DNA of 64,000 nt from Alphaproteobacteria bacterium (GCA_965261975.1 CBDHEC010000022.1:1-64000), one strand, 5' to 3'. Numbered from the stretch's first letter, positions 25,959 to 36,972 are shown. Translations and numbers: made by a program. The notes: generated from the sequence alone by a model not told the origin.

Positions 25959-26762
25959 CTAGATCTTCCGCGCGATCATGCTCACATAGTTCATATAGCC
26001 GTAGAACGTGCCCGCATCGATCCGACGTCGCGCCTCGGCCTCCAGCGCGTCGGCCTCGGCCTGGTCGATCTTGCCTGCCTCGAGCAGGTAGTAAGCACCC
26101 CGCAGGGTCCAACCGAGCGTCAGCACCGGTTCCGCCGTGTCGAGATGGCCGTGGCTGCGCGACGGTGCGGGATCGAAACCGATGTCGCGCAGCATGTCGG
26201 GAAGCCGGCGGACCAGCCAGCGGTCATGCACATTTCCGTCGACAAAGGCCTGGATGCACACCTGCAAAGGATCGTCATCGGCCGTCGCCACGCTCATGGT
26301 CGTAAAATCGCCATCATAGATCGCCACGGACCCGCCGGGCTTCAGAACCCGCCGCACCTCGGCCAGGACCCCCTCCGGGCCCGGCACATGGGTCAGCAGC
26401 GTGTGCAGCACGACGACGTCGAAACTCTCATCGTCAAATGGCAGGTCGCGCGCATCGGCCTGTTCGAAGGACACCTGCGGCAGCTCCGCGGCCAGTTCCC
26501 GGCCGCGTTCCAGGAACGGTTCGAGCTGATCCACCCCCACCACCTCGCCAACCGCCGGTATGGCTGCGATCGTTCGGGACTGGGGGCCGGTGCCGCAGCC
26601 AATATCGAGCACCCGCGCACCGTCGGGGAAGTCCACATCACCGAGATAGGACTGGAGTGCTGCGGCCTGCTGCGGGGTCGCCGCGCGACGCTCCAGGCTC
26701 ACCTTCATCGCGTCCAGGATCTCGTCCGGGATCGCATCCGGGTCCACATAAATATCGGGCAC
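25959..26762 (-). CDS. Class I SAM-dependent methyltransferase
   Basis: VLDIGCGTG, ADARDLPF.DESFD, RVLKPGG; GTG start with GAGGAG RBS. Confidence 0.88.
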   Translation of the reverse strand: MPDIYVDPDAIPDEILDAMKVSLERRAATPQQAAALQSYLGDVDFPDGARVLDIGCGTGPQSRTIAAIPAVGEVVGVDQLEPFLERGRELAAELPQVSFEQADARDLPFDDESFDVVVLHTLLTHVPGPEGVLAEVRRVLKPGGSVAIYDGDFTTMSVATADDDPLQVCIQAFVDGNVHDRWLVRRLPDMLRDIGFDPAPSRSHGHLDTAEPVLTLGWTLRGAYYLLEAGKIDQAEADALEAEARRRIDAGTFYGYMNYVSMIARKI

Positions 26763-26809
26763 GTCAGTCTCCTCGCCTTGCCGGCTTTCTATGTGCCAGA
26801 ATTCGCGCC

Positions 26810-27175
26810 ATGACCGAACGTTTTTCGACCTATGCCGAGTTCTGGCCGCACTATCTGCGCGAGCATGCCAGGCCACAAACCCGCGCGCTCCACTATGCGG
26901 GCACGCTCTCGGGAATCCTGCTGGTCGGCTTCGCGGTCGTCACCGGACCCTGGTGGTTGGTGCTCGTGGCGTTGGTGGCCGGCTACGGCCCGGCCTGGAT
27001 CGGCCACGGGTTCATCGAACGCAACCGACCCGCCACATTTACCCATCCATTGTGGTCTCTCCTCAGCGACTTTCGAATGGTGTTTCTGTGGATGACCGGA
27101 AACCTTGCGCCTGAACTGGCCGGCGCCCTGGCCATGTCACCACAACACGCGCCCGAGGCCTCACCGGATCAATGA
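26810..27175 (+). CDS. DUF962/Mpo1-like membrane protein
   Basis: FWPHYLREH, RALHYAG, AWIGHGFIERNRPATF.HPLWSL.SDFRM. Confidence 0.85.
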   Translation: MTERFSTYAEFWPHYLREHARPQTRALHYAGTLSGILLVGFAVVTGPWWLVLVALVAGYGPAWIGHGFIERNRPATFTHPLWSLLSDFRMVFLWMTGNLAPELAGALAMSPQHAPEASPDQ

Positions 27176-27576
27176 AACGCTGGACGATCCTCGGGGTCCT
27201 CGCGCTGGCAGCCTGTGCCACCGCCCCTTCCGACAATCCGCTTGTGGGTGACTGGCACGCGGCGTCACCGACAGCCCTGCGCGCGCATGGCAACATCATC
27301 GGGTTCCGCGAGGACTGCCTGATCGTCCGCGGCAACCGGGTGAACGTGCGTGTCGCGCGGCCGATCTTTTTCGGCGAGGGGATCGACGGCACTTTCGTGT
27401 GGTTCGGGCCGCCGGCCATCGCGACGCCCCGGTCCGAGGATGATGCGGCACGGGTGATCTTTATTTCGCCCAACCGCATAAACGTCGTCTGGCCACGCGG
27501 TGTGGAGACGGACTATCTACGCGCGATCGGCGGCGCCGGCGCAAACAGCAGCAACGCCGACTGCGTCACACCCTAG
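27172..27576 (+). CDS. Hypothetical lipoprotein
   Basis: Signal peptide with lipobox LAAC; ATGA overlap with the upstream stop. Confidence 0.65.
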   Translation: MKRWTILGVLALAACATAPSDNPLVGDWHAASPTALRAHGNIIGFREDCLIVRGNRVNVRVARPIFFGEGIDGTFVWFGPPAIATPRSEDDAARVIFISPNRINVVWPRGVETDYLRAIGGAGANSSNADCVTP

Positions 27577-27587
27577 ATGAATGAAAT

Positions 27588-27878
27588 TCAGCTTCCGTTG
27601 CGCGCCGGCGGGAAGACAACCGGCGACTGACCTTTGGTCTTTGCCGACGCGCGGGTGCTGGCCAACGCGTTGTCGAGGAACGCGTTGATACGCGCCTTGG
27701 TATCGAGCTCGCGGTTCGCGTTGCCGGTTTCGATCGCGGCCAGCATCGCCTGGGACACCGAGCATTGGCCATTGGCATGTTCCGCGCCGGTCGATGTCTC
27801 GACGATCTGCTGTGCAGACGCCGGTGCGAACGCCAACAGCGGCGCGACAACGGCAAATCCTGCAATGAGCTTACGCAT
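27588..27878 (-). CDS. Hypothetical secreted small protein
   Basis: Sec signal MRKLIAGFAVVAPLLAFAPASA-Q. Confidence 0.6.
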   Translation of the reverse strand: MRKLIAGFAVVAPLLAFAPASAQQIVETSTGAEHANGQCSVSQAMLAAIETGNANRELDTKARINAFLDNALASTRASAKTKGQSPVVFPPARNGS

Positions 27879-27947
27879 CGGCCAAATCCCGAGTGAACTG
27901 CGCAGAGGCTAGCGCCGTGCCGCGCGCGCCGTCAAATCACGACCTGG

Positions 27948-29060
27948 CTAGGCCGTGATCCGATCGAGTTCGGCCAGGAGGTGGTTGCCCATCTCCTCGG
28001 TCGAGACCGGCGTGCAGCCATCCTGCATGATATCGGCCGTGCGGAAGCCTTCGTTGAGCACGTTCTGCGCGGCCTGCTCGACCAGGTCGGCCTCGCGGCC
28101 CAGGTCGTAGGAGTAGCGCAGCATCATGCCGAAGGAGAGCAGCATGGCGATCGGATTGGCCTTGCCCTCGCCCGCGATGTCGGGTGCCGAGCCGTGGACC
28201 GGCTCGTACATGGCCTTGCGGGCACCCGTCACCGGGTCCGGCGCGCCGAGGCTCGCCGATGGCAACATGCCCAGCGAACCCGTCATCATCGCCGCCTCGT
28301 CCGACAGGATATCGCCGAACAGGTTGTCGGTGACGATCACGTCGAACTGGTGGGGATAGCGGATCAGCTGCATGGCGCAGTTGTCGGCCAGGATGTGGTG
28401 GAACTCGACGTCGGGATATTCCTTCGCGACTTCGGCCGAAACCTGGCGCCAGAACACGCCGGTCTCCATCACGTTGGATTTCTCCGCACAATGCACCTTG
28501 TTGCCGCGCTTGCGCGCCAGCTCGAAGGCCACCCGGCAGATCCGGACGATCTCGTCCTTGGTGTAGGCCTGGGTGTCGACCACACGGACGGTGCCGTCCT
28601 CCAGGGTCTGCTCGCCCTTCGGCTGGCCGAAATAGACGCCCGAGGTGAGCTCACGCAGGATCATGATGTCGAGCCCCTTCACCACTTCGGGCTTCAGGGT
28701 CGAGGCCTCGACCATCGCGTCCATCACCACCGCGGGGCGAAGGTTCGCGAAGAGGTCGAGATCCTTGCGCAGACGCAGCAAGCCCGCTTCCGGGCGATGC
28801 TCGCGCGGCACGTCATCCCATTTCGGGCCGCCGACGGCGCCGAACAGGACCGCGTCGAGGGTCATGGCCTTTTCCATAGTCTCTTCCTGGATCGATACCC
28901 CGTGGGCATCGAAGCAGGCGCCGCCTACCGGGGCTTCGTCGATTTCGAAGCGAACGGCTTCCTTCGCCTCGAACCAGCCCATGACCCGCCGGACCTGTTC
29001 CATCACCTCGGGTCCGATGCCGTCACCCGGCAGGACCAGCACGCTCTTGTTGGCGGCCAT
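27948..29060 (-). CDS. leuB: 3-isopropylmalate dehydrogenase
   Basis: [38 protein letters not shown]. Confidence 0.97.
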   Translation of the reverse strand: MAANKSVLVLPGDGIGPEVMEQVRRVMGWFEAKEAVRFEIDEAPVGGACFDAHGVSIQEETMEKAMTLDAVLFGAVGGPKWDDVPREHRPEAGLLRLRKDLDLFANLRPAVVMDAMVEASTLKPEVVKGLDIMILRELTSGVYFGQPKGEQTLEDGTVRVVDTQAYTKDEIVRICRVAFELARKRGNKVHCAEKSNVMETGVFWRQVSAEVAKEYPDVEFHHILADNCAMQLIRYPHQFDVIVTDNLFGDILSDEAAMMTGSLGMLPSASLGAPDPVTGARKAMYEPVHGSAPDIAGEGKANPIAMLLSFGMMLRYSYDLGREADLVEQAAQNVLNEGFRTADIMQDGCTPVSTEEMGNHLLAELDRITA

Positions 29061-29095
29061 CTTTACTCTCCTATGAAATTACGTGCGGGCTGCGC

Positions 29096-29722
29096 CTAGG
29101 ACGCCGCCTTGTAGAGCCAGGGCTGCTGACTGCTCTGGCCGCCCTCGAAATCCTTGATCTTGCTGTCCTGCTGCATGGTCAGGCCGATATCGTCGAGCCC
29201 TTCGAGCAGACATTGCTTGAGGAAGGGGTCGAGCTCGAACGGATAGACGATACCGTTGGGTGCATGGACTTCCTGCTTCTCCAGATCGACCGTGACCTCC
29301 GGGTTTTCCGGGTCGCTCGCCACCGACGTCAGAACGTCGATCTGCTCCTGGGGCAGCTTGATCAGCAGCATGCCGTTCTTGAAGCTGTTGTTGTAGAAGA
29401 TGTCGGCGAAGGTCGGCGCGATCACCACCTTGATCCCGAAATCCTGGAGCGCCCACGGCGCATGTTCGCGCGACGAGCCACAGCCGAAATTATCGCCCGC
29501 GATCAAGATTTCTGCGTTCGTATACGGCTCCTGGTCGAGGATGAAGTCATCGCGCGCGGTGCCGTCTTCGTTGGTCCGCATCTCGTAGAACAGTCCCTTG
29601 CCCAGGCCCGTTCGCGCGATCGTCTTCAGGAACTGCTTCGGAATGATCTTGTCGGTATCGACATTGACCAGCGGCAGTGGTGCGGCCACGCCGGTCACCT
29701 TGTTGAACTTCTCCATTCCCAA
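29096..29722 (-). CDS. leuD: 3-isopropylmalate dehydratase small subunit
   Basis: [37 protein letters not shown]. Confidence 0.97.
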   Translation of the reverse strand: MGMEKFNKVTGVAAPLPLVNVDTDKIIPKQFLKTIARTGLGKGLFYEMRTNEDGTARDDFILDQEPYTNAEILIAGDNFGCGSSREHAPWALQDFGIKVVIAPTFADIFYNNSFKNGMLLIKLPQEQIDVLTSVASDPENPEVTVDLEKQEVHAPNGIVYPFELDPFLKQCLLEGLDDIGLTMQQDSKIKDFEGGQSSQQPWLYKAAS

Positions 29723-29725
29723 CTC

Positions 29726-30181
29726 CTAACGTTTGAGCACGAGGCACCCGGCCAGCATGTCATGCAGGCCCTGGCGCCGCGGCGGAAATACTGCCATCAG
29801 AAAGCCGACGAAGAAAATCACCGCCGACAGAAATTTCAACCAATGGCGCGCACTGACGCGCAGAAATGTCGCGCGCATACCCCCCAGATCGGTCACATAC
29901 AAACCCATGAACGCCTTGCCCAAGGTTGCCTGCATCACACTCGATTCCATGGCCGCGAAATAGATCCACGTCGCAAACAAGGTCGTCGAGATCAGCACAT
30001 GCAGGATCGTGGTGTTGGCCAGCTCCTCGGGTGTCGCCGCCAGAAAGGATATCCCGAGCAACGCAGAGAGGAGCCAGGCGAAGGCCCACACGATCCCCAG
30101 ATCGATCAGCGCCGCCACCACCCGCAGGAGAAACCCCGCATAGCGGAACGGCAGAACTTCACTGTTCGACGTGTCACTCAT
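29726..30181 (-). CDS. RDD family membrane protein
   Basis: YAGFLLRVVAALID, QATLGK, RQGLHDMLAG. Confidence 0.88.
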   Translation of the reverse strand: MSDTSNSEVLPFRYAGFLLRVVAALIDLGIVWAFAWLLSALLGISFLAATPEELANTTILHVLISTTLFATWIYFAAMESSVMQATLGKAFMGLYVTDLGGMRATFLRVSARHWLKFLSAVIFFVGFLMAVFPPRRQGLHDMLAGCLVLKR

Positions 30182-30190
30182 CCCGTTCGG

Positions 30191-31603
30191 CTACGCGTCC
30201 AGATCACGGACATCGGCCAGCTTGCCCGCGATGGCCGCCGCTGCGGCCATGCCCGGGCTGACCAGATGGGTGCGCCCGCCGCGGCCCTGACGTCCTTCGA
30301 AATTTCGGTTCGAGGTCGAGGCGCAGCGCTCGCCCGGTGCCAGCTTGTCGGCGTTCATCGCCAGGCACATCGAGCAACCCGGCTCACGCCATTCGAAGCC
30401 GGCGTCGATCAGAATCCTGTCGATCCCCTCGGTCTCGGCCTGTTCCTTGACCAGACCCGAGCCCGGCACGACCATCGCGTGGACCCCGTCGGAGACCTTT
30501 CGGCCCTCGGCGACCTGCGCGACGGCGCGAAGATCCTCGATCCGGCCGTTGGTGCATGACCCGATGAACACCTTGTCGATCGCCACATCGGCCATCTGCG
30601 TGCCCGGTGTGAGGTCCATATACTCCAGCGACCGCTCCCAGGCCTGGCGCTGATTGTCGTCGCGCGCATCATTCTCGGGATCGGGCACCGCACCGGTGAT
30701 CGGCACGACATTCTCGGGGCTGGTGCCCCAGGTGACCTGCGGCGGAATATCGGCCGCCGCCAAACGCACTTCCTTGTCGTAGACCGCGTCCGCATCGCTG
30801 GGCAGGGTGCGCCAGTAGGCCTCCGCCGCCTCCCACGCCGCGCCCTTCGGCGCCATGGGAAGGCCCTTGAGATACTCGTAGGTGGTGTCGTCGGGCGCCA
30901 CAAGTCCGGCGCGCGCACCGCCCTCGATCGACATGTTGCACATGGTCATGCGGCCCTCCATCGAGAGCGCACGCACCGCGTCGCCGGCATATTCGATGAC
31001 ATGGCCCGTCCCGCCGGCGGTGCCAATCGCACCGATGATGGCAAGGATCATGTCCTTCGCGGTAACGCCGACGGAAAGATCGCCATCGACCGAAACCAGG
31101 AAGTTCTTCGCCGGGCGCTGCAGCAGCGTCTGGGTGGCGAGCACATGCTCGACTTCCGACGTGCCGATGCCGAAAGCCAACGAGCCGAAGGCGCCGTGGG
31201 TCGCGGTGTGGCTGTCGCCACACACGATCGTCGTCCCCGGCAGCGTGAAACCCTGTTCCGGGCCGATGATGTGCACGATGCCCTGGCGGATATCGTCCAT
31301 GTCGAACAGCTCGATGCCGAACTCCTCGCAGTTCTTCGTCAGGGTCTCGACCTGGATTCGCGATTCCTCGTCGGCGATGCCGCCGCTGCGGTCCGTGGTC
31401 GGCACGTTATGGTCTGCCACCGCGAGTGTCGCATCGGGCCGGCGGACCGTGCGCCCGTTCATGCGCAGCCCCTCGAAGGCCTGCGGGCTCGTCACCTCGT
31501 GCACGAGATGCCGGTCGATATAGATCAGGCAGGTGCCGTCCTCCTGGGTTTCGACCAGGTGGGAGTCCCAGATTTTGTCGAATAATGTTCTCGGCTGAGC
31601 CAT
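30191..31603 (-). CDS. leuC: 3-isopropylmalate dehydratase large subunit
   Basis: [46 protein letters not shown]. Confidence 0.97.
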   Translation of the reverse strand: MAQPRTLFDKIWDSHLVETQEDGTCLIYIDRHLVHEVTSPQAFEGLRMNGRTVRRPDATLAVADHNVPTTDRSGGIADEESRIQVETLTKNCEEFGIELFDMDDIRQGIVHIIGPEQGFTLPGTTIVCGDSHTATHGAFGSLAFGIGTSEVEHVLATQTLLQRPAKNFLVSVDGDLSVGVTAKDMILAIIGAIGTAGGTGHVIEYAGDAVRALSMEGRMTMCNMSIEGGARAGLVAPDDTTYEYLKGLPMAPKGAAWEAAEAYWRTLPSDADAVYDKEVRLAAADIPPQVTWGTSPENVVPITGAVPDPENDARDDNQRQAWERSLEYMDLTPGTQMADVAIDKVFIGSCTNGRIEDLRAVAQVAEGRKVSDGVHAMVVPGSGLVKEQAETEGIDRILIDAGFEWREPGCSMCLAMNADKLAPGERCASTSNRNFEGRQGRGGRTHLVSPGMAAAAAIAGKLADVRDLDA

Positions 31604-31621
31604 GGTTTTCGTCTTTCCGCT

Positions 31622-31658
31622 AAGAAAAACGCCCCGTGCGCGAATGCTCCGGGGCGTT
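31622..31658 (-). terminator. Rho-independent terminator after rplS
   Basis: Minus strand AACGCCCCGGAGCATTCGCGCACGGGGCGTTTTTCTT: GC stem followed by a U-tract. Confidence 0.7.
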
Positions 31659-31696
31659 GCCTCGATGACGTCGGTGCATCTGCCCGATCGTGCCGC

Positions 31697-32188
31697 CTAT
31701 TCAGTCTTGGCGTCCGCCTCGGGCGTTTCGGTGGTGGTCGCCTCCACGGGCGCCGCGACGGCATCCTCGGGACGCTCGGCGGTTCCGGTCTCGGGCACCT
31801 CGACCGCGCCGCGGCGGGTCATGCCCCTGCCCGTGGTGCGCTCGGTGATGCGCGCGCGCTTGCCGGTGCGGCCGCGCAGGTAATAAAGCTTGGCGCGGCG
31901 AACCTTGCCCCGGCGCACCACGTCGATCGAATCGACGCGCGGACCGTAGAGCGGGAACACACGCTCGACACCCTCGCCGAATGAAATCTTGCGAACCGTG
32001 AAGGACGAATTGATGCCGTCATTCTTGACCGCAATGCAGACCCCTTCATAGGCCTGGATACGCTCGCGCTCACCTTCAACAACGCGCACATTCACGCGGA
32101 CGGTATCGCCCGGGCCGAACTCGGGAACGTCCCGTTCGGCTTGCAGCTTCGCGAGCTGGCCGGCTTCGAATTTCTCAAGCGTGTTCAT
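31697..32188 (-). CDS. rplS: 50S ribosomal protein L19
   Basis: [47 protein letters not shown]. Confidence 0.97.
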   Translation of the reverse strand: MNTLEKFEAGQLAKLQAERDVPEFGPGDTVRVNVRVVEGERERIQAYEGVCIAVKNDGINSSFTVRKISFGEGVERVFPLYGPRVDSIDVVRRGKVRRAKLYYLRGRTGKRARITERTTGRGMTRRGAVEVPETGTAERPEDAVAAPVEATTTETPEADAKTE

Positions 32189-32931
32189 CGCTTCTGTCCT
32201 TCATCATCTTTCGCCGCGTAGCGCTGCCAGAGATCCGGCCGACGCGTGCGGGTTGCTTGTTCTGCCTGTGTGTTCCGCCACTCTGCGATCCGCCCGTGAT
32301 GGCCGGAAGTCAGGATGTCGGGGACCGAACGTTTTTGTCCCTGCCGGTCGACCCAGTCGGCCGGCCTTGTGTAGTGCGGATATTCCAACAGTCCGCTTTC
32401 AAAACTCTCTTCCGACAGCGACTCTGCCGTTCCCATCACGCCCGGCAACAACCGGACGACCGCATCGAGCAAGATCAGTGCTGCCGGCTCACCACCGGAA
32501 AGCACATAATCCCCGACACTGATCTCCTCGGCCTGCCAGGCGTCCAGCACACGCTGATCGACACCCTCGTAACGGCCACAAAGCAGTATCACACCGGGGT
32601 CGTCCGCCAAGTCCTGGACACGTGACTGATCCAAGGGACGACCGCGGGGCGTGAGATAGATGATCGGCCGCTGATCGTCAACCGGATTGACGGCATCGGA
32701 AAGCGCGGAATCCACGATATCCGGCCGCATCACCATCCCGGCACCGCCGCCGAACGGCATATCATCGACGCTCCCATGCACATCAGACGCCTGCGCCCGG
32801 ATGTCCCGGACGTCGAGCTGCCATGTCCCGCGGTCCAGAGCCTTGCCCGCCAGCGACTGGCCCAGCGACCCCGGAAACATCTCCGGGAACAGGGTCAACA
32901 CCGTGGCCGTCCAGGCGGCTGCCTCAGCCAT
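32185..32931 (-). CDS. trmD: tRNA (guanine37-N1)-methyltransferase
   Basis: [47 protein letters not shown]. Confidence 0.96.
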   Translation of the reverse strand: MAEAAAWTATVLTLFPEMFPGSLGQSLAGKALDRGTWQLDVRDIRAQASDVHGSVDDMPFGGGAGMVMRPDIVDSALSDAVNPVDDQRPIIYLTPRGRPLDQSRVQDLADDPGVILLCGRYEGVDQRVLDAWQAEEISVGDYVLSGGEPAALILLDAVVRLLPGVMGTAESLSEESFESGLLEYPHYTRPADWVDRQGQKRSVPDILTSGHHGRIAEWRNTQAEQATRTRRPDLWQRYAAKDDEGQKR

Positions 32932-33502
32932 CGGCGTCTCCCGTTTCCGAGGGGTCCCGGCCCGGCCACAGCACCGCGGCGCCATCGACCGTCACCCGAC
33001 GCGCCGCCAGATCGATGTCGGGGACCGCCGCACGGGTGAACGAAACCGTCCCGAGACGTCCGCCGGAGCCCGATATCTCAAGCATTTCGCCGCCGCCGAA
33101 ATCATTCAGCGCATGGACAGTCCCGAGCGCCGTGCCGTCGGTCGTGACCACGTTCAGCCCCAGAAGATCGGCGTGATAAAACTCATCTTCGTCGGTCGAC
33201 GGCAGGCGGTCGCGGGCCACATAAAGCTGGACACCCTTGAGCGCTTGGGCCGCATCCCGGTCGTCGACACCCTCGATCTTGACCAGGACCAGGCCTTTGC
33301 CCGTGCGATTGCGCACCTCGAGGGTGAAGCTGCGGGCGCCGTCCTCGCTCTGAACGGGCCCATAGGCGGCCACATCTTCGGCAACATCGGTGAATGGACG
33401 GACGCGCACGAGGCCGTGGAGCCCATGCGCGCCGGTAATCGCACCCACGCAAACACGCGCGTCGCGATCCCCATCCTGTTCTTCAACCCTGTCGACGGCC
33501 AT
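32924..33502 (-). CDS. rimM: Ribosome maturation factor
   Basis: [35 protein letters not shown]; between rpsP and trmD. Confidence 0.93.
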   Translation of the reverse strand: MAVDRVEEQDGDRDARVCVGAITGAHGLHGLVRVRPFTDVAEDVAAYGPVQSEDGARSFTLEVRNRTGKGLVLVKIEGVDDRDAAQALKGVQLYVARDRLPSTDEDEFYHADLLGLNVVTTDGTALGTVHALNDFGGGEMLEISGSGGRLGTVSFTRAAVPDIDLAARRVTVDGAAVLWPGRDPSETGDADG

Positions 33503-33570
33503 CTCCGGCGCCTTCCCAAAGCCCGCAATAGCTTCCACGACGGCGGGCAATTGGAGCTCGTCCAAACGGG

Positions 33571-34128
33571 TTAGGACTTGCTCTCTTCTTCCTCGGCAGC
33601 AGCCTCCTCGCTCGCCGCTTCTTCGGCGGGAGCTTCTTCGGCGGCGGCCTCTTCAGCAGGTGCCTCCTCGGCGGCTGCCTCCTCTGCAGGGGCCTCCTCG
33701 GCGGCGGCTTCCTCTGCGGGTGCTTCCTCTGCGGGTGCTTCTTCCTCCGCCGGTGCCGCTGCCGCTTCCTCGGCAGCTGCCGCCGCGGCTTCCGCCGCCT
33801 CGGCTTCGGCCGCCGCACGTTCCTGCGCCTTCGCCTTGGGCAGATGCTGCTTGGTCTGATCGCGACGCGCCGGCAGTTCAACGAGGTCCGCACCGGCGAA
33901 GAATTTCGCCACGCGGTCCGACGGCTTTGCGCCGACGCTCAGCCAATGCTTGGCCCGGTCGATGTCGATCCCGACGCGGTTGGGGTCGTCCTTGGGCAGC
34001 ATCGGGTTGTAGTGCCCGATGCGCTCGATGAATCGGCCGTCGCGCGCGCGACGCGAGTCCGCAACCACGATGCGATAGTAAGGCCGCTTTTTGGCGCCGC
34101 CTCGGGCCAGTCGAATACGAAGAGACAT
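33571..34128 (-). CDS. rpsP: 30S ribosomal protein S16 with a long acidic repeat tail
   Basis: [41 protein letters not shown]. Confidence 0.96.
   Translation of the reverse strand: MSLRIRLARGGAKKRPYYRIVVADSRRARDGRFIERIGHYNPMLPKDDPNRVGIDIDRAKHWLSVGAKPSDRVAKFFAGADLVELPARRDQTKQHLPKAKAQERAAAEAEAAEAAAAAAEEAAAAPAEEEAPAEEAPAEEAAAEEAPAEEAAAEEAPAEEAAAEEAPAEEAASEEAAAEEEESKS
33590..33790 (-). repeat. Degenerate 15-bp tandem repeat encoding [10 protein letters not shown]
   Basis: About ten pentapeptide units in the rpsP 3' end. Confidence 0.8.
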
Positions 34129-34186
34129 GATGTGTCGTTCCTTATGTTTACGTATCTAGTTCAGTGTTGGTTCGATTAATCGGTAT

Positions 34187-34576
34187 TCAGTGTTCGGTTC
34201 GGCAAACGGCCTCGACCTTGTGACCATCCGGGTCCAGGACGAACGCGCCGTAGTAATTCTCGCTGTATTCCGGGCGCAGTCCCGGTGCGCCATTGTCGCG
34301 CGCCCCCGCTGAAAGCGCGGCGGCATGAAAGCCGTCGACGGCCGCCCGGTCGGGGGCCGCGAACGCAACATGGGTACCCCGCGACGCCGACGCGTCGGCC
34401 TTCGGACAAACGATCCAGAACATCATCCCCTCGCGACCCGGGCCGGGCCCGTAGGCCATCCTGATGCCCTTCTCCAGGACACGCCGATAGCCGAGCGGTT
34501 CGAGCGCGGCGTCATAGAACGCCCCGCTGACAGCCAGGTCCCGCACCCCCAGGGAGATATGATCGAGCATCGCCAT
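34187..34576 (-). CDS. VOC/glyoxalase family protein
   Basis: LDHISLGV.DL, HVAFAA, G.PGLRPEY..NYYGAFVLDPDGHKVEAV. Confidence 0.9.
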   Translation of the reverse strand: MAMLDHISLGVRDLAVSGAFYDAALEPLGYRRVLEKGIRMAYGPGPGREGMMFWIVCPKADASASRGTHVAFAAPDRAAVDGFHAAALSAGARDNGAPGLRPEYSENYYGAFVLDPDGHKVEAVCRTEH

Positions 34577-34959
34577 CAGTCGCGCGGTGCGTGGACGGCT
34601 TCGATCTTGTGTCCGTCCAGATCCAGGACGAAGGCGCCGTAATAATTGTCGCGGTACTCGGGGCGAATGCCCGGCGGACCGTCATCCGTTGCGCCCGCGG
34701 CGATCGCCGTTTCGTAGAAGACATCGACCTCGGCCTGCGATGCGGCACCGAAAGCGACGTGCCGCCCGTCGTCATGGATCACGGTCAGCGGATCGCGCAG
34801 GTTGATCCAGAAGGCCGGCCCCCCGCCCTTCGGCCACCAGGACGTGGTGCCGGGCTTTTCAAGAAACCGTTCGTGGCCCAGCGTACCGAGCACGGCGTCA
34901 TAGAATTTCGCCGCGCGTTCGAGATCGGATACGCCGATCGATATGTGATGAAACACCAT
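34576..34959 (-). CDS. VOC/glyoxalase family protein (tandem paralog)
   Basis: FHHISIGVSDL, HVAFGA, GPPGIRPEYRDNYYGAFVLDLDGHKIEAV. Confidence 0.9.
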   Translation of the reverse strand: MVFHHISIGVSDLERAAKFYDAVLGTLGHERFLEKPGTTSWWPKGGGPAFWINLRDPLTVIHDDGRHVAFGAASQAEVDVFYETAIAAGATDDGPPGIRPEYRDNYYGAFVLDLDGHKIEAVHAPRD

Positions 34960-34969
34960 CGCAGGCCTC

Positions 34970-36361
34970 CTATCGTCCCATACCCGGGGGCAACATGCCG
35001 GGCGGCAAACCGCCACCGGCGCCGGGCATTCCGCCGCCGCCCATGGGCGGCATCTTCCCGCCCATCTTCTTCATCTTCTTCATCATCGTGTGCATCTGCT
35101 GATACTGCTTCAGCAGCTTGTTGATCTCCTGAACGGTCGTGCCCGAGCCCGCCGCGATCCGTTTCTTGCGCGATGCCTTGACCATCGCGGGGCGCTGGCG
35201 TTCCTGGACGGTCATCGACAGGATGATCGCTTCCTGGCGCTTGATCAGGTCGTCGTCCATATCGGCCGCGGCCATCTGTTTCTTGACCTTGCCGATACCC
35301 GGCAGCATCGACATCACGCCGCCGAGACCGCCCATCTTTTTCAGCTGACGAAGCTGATCGAGCAGATCCTCAAGATCGAACTCACCCTTCTGGATCCGGC
35401 GCGCAATCTTCTCCGCCTTTTCCTCTTCGACGAGTTCCGTGGCCCGCTCGACGAGACCGACCACGTCGCCCATGTCGAGAATGCGGCCCGCGACACGCTC
35501 CGGATGGAACGGCTCGATCTCCTCCATCTTCTCGCCGGTACCGATCAGCTTGATCGGCTGGCCGGTGACGGCGCGCATCGACAACGCCGCACCACCGCGC
35601 GCATCGCCATCCATCCGGGTCAGGACGATCCCCGAGATACCGACACGCTCATTGAAGGCCTGGGCCGTGTTCACCGCGTCCTGGCCGGTCATCGCGTCGG
35701 CCACGAGCAGGGTTTCATGGGGCTTGGCGGCGTCGCGAATGGCGGTCGCCTCGGCCATCAGGCCGTCATCGATCGCCAGGCGACCGGCGGTATCGAGCAG
35801 GACCACGTCATAGCCTTCGCGCCGCGCCTGATCCATGGCGCGCTTGGCGATCGGCACCGGCATTTCACCGGGGCGAATGTCAACGGTCGGGATCAATGCC
35901 TGATCACCCAGCACACGCAATTGTTCCTGTGCGGCGGGCCGGCGCACATCGAGCGACGCCATCAGGACGCGCTTCTTCTGTTTCTCGACGAGATGGTGAC
36001 CGATCTTGGCCGTTGTCGTCGTTTTACCGGAGCCCTGCAGGCCGACCACCAGAATGGCGACGGGTGCGGGCGCATTCAGATCGATTTCGACCGCGTCGCC
36101 GCCGAGCATCTCGATCAGCTGATCATGGACGATCTTGACGACCGTCTGTCCGGGCGTGACGCTTTTCACGACTTCCTGGCCGACGGCGCGTTCCTGCACC
36201 GCGGCGATGAAGTCGCGCACGATCGGCAGGGCCACATCCGCCTCGAGCAGGGCGACACGCACCTCGCGCATCGCCGCAGTGACGTCCTCCTCCGAAAGCG
36301 CGCCGCGCCGCTTCAGATTGTCAAAGACATCACCCAGGCGTTCAGTCAGTGATTCAAACAA
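34970..36361 (-). CDS. ffh: Signal recognition particle protein
   Basis: MFESLTERL, GLQGSGKTTT, DTAGR, DGDARGGAALS, Met-rich M domain. Confidence 0.97.
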   Translation of the reverse strand: MFESLTERLGDVFDNLKRRGALSEEDVTAAMREVRVALLEADVALPIVRDFIAAVQERAVGQEVVKSVTPGQTVVKIVHDQLIEMLGGDAVEIDLNAPAPVAILVVGLQGSGKTTTTAKIGHHLVEKQKKRVLMASLDVRRPAAQEQLRVLGDQALIPTVDIRPGEMPVPIAKRAMDQARREGYDVVLLDTAGRLAIDDGLMAEATAIRDAAKPHETLLVADAMTGQDAVNTAQAFNERVGISGIVLTRMDGDARGGAALSMRAVTGQPIKLIGTGEKMEEIEPFHPERVAGRILDMGDVVGLVERATELVEEEKAEKIARRIQKGEFDLEDLLDQLRQLKKMGGLGGVMSMLPGIGKVKKQMAAADMDDDLIKRQEAIILSMTVQERQRPAMVKASRKKRIAAGSGTTVQEINKLLKQYQQMHTMMKKMKKMGGKMPPMGGGGMPGAGGGLPPGMLPPGMGR

Positions 36362-36410
36362 AGGTCTTCACCTTTCTATTCGACATCCGACGATCATCCA
36401 GTCCACAACG

Positions 36411-36470
36411 ACAAACGCGCCAGTGCGCGAAACTCGCGGACTGGCGGAGCTCCGACCTTCGGCCGGAGCC
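36411..36470 (-). ncRNA. Putative ffh leader RNA motif
   Basis: Hairpin CGCCAGT-GCGCGA-AAC-TCGCG-G-ACTGGCG plus adjacent GCTCCG...CGGAGC stem ~50-110 nt upstream of ffh, where alphaproteobacteria carry a conserved ffh leader structure. Confidence 0.5.
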
Positions 36471-36972
36471 GCATCTCTATTGATGCGGAATGGCGCGGAA
36501 CCTATGCGAACCCGGGTTTCGGGTCAAGCACCGCCAGTACAGCAAATACGTCTCTAACCTATTGCCGCCGAGCAGTTTTTGTCGTCCCGGCGCCTTCGTC
36601 GGCTCCTCGTCGGCGCGCGCGACATCACGGTATCGATGCACTCCCGAGCCCTGGAATGCCGTCCCGGGACAAAACGACCCGGCAAAACCGAATCACAATG
36701 ATACAAATTTACTAAATATCTGTAATTATTGTTTTTTTCGCCAGATGACATTTTTGTTACTATACCCTTGTATGCACATTAGAGTTGTGCGATATGCATT
36801 CCACTGAGCCTTTGCAGAGGATCAGCGGAGAGTATTTTCCACTCCATTTTGCCGACAGGACCGGTCGCCCGTCACCGGGCGGTTTTGCAGTGCGGAATAT
36901 TCGGTTATCGGGCCTAGGCATGGTTCAAGGCGACCGAAAACACCGGAATGCAGAAACAGAGGAACGAACCAA

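Noticed and set aside
31604-31696. Leucine attenuator before leuC
   Set aside because: A terminator is present but there is no Leu-rich leader peptide; it is best read as the rplS terminator.
33590-33790. Tandem repeat as a CRISPR or non-coding VNTR
   Set aside because: It is in-frame coding sequence of rpsP with synonymous variation and no spacers.
36490-36960. Short ORFs in the ffh-XRE intergenic region
   Set aside because: No clear RBS, atypical codon use and no motifs; the region reads as AT-rich promoter DNA.
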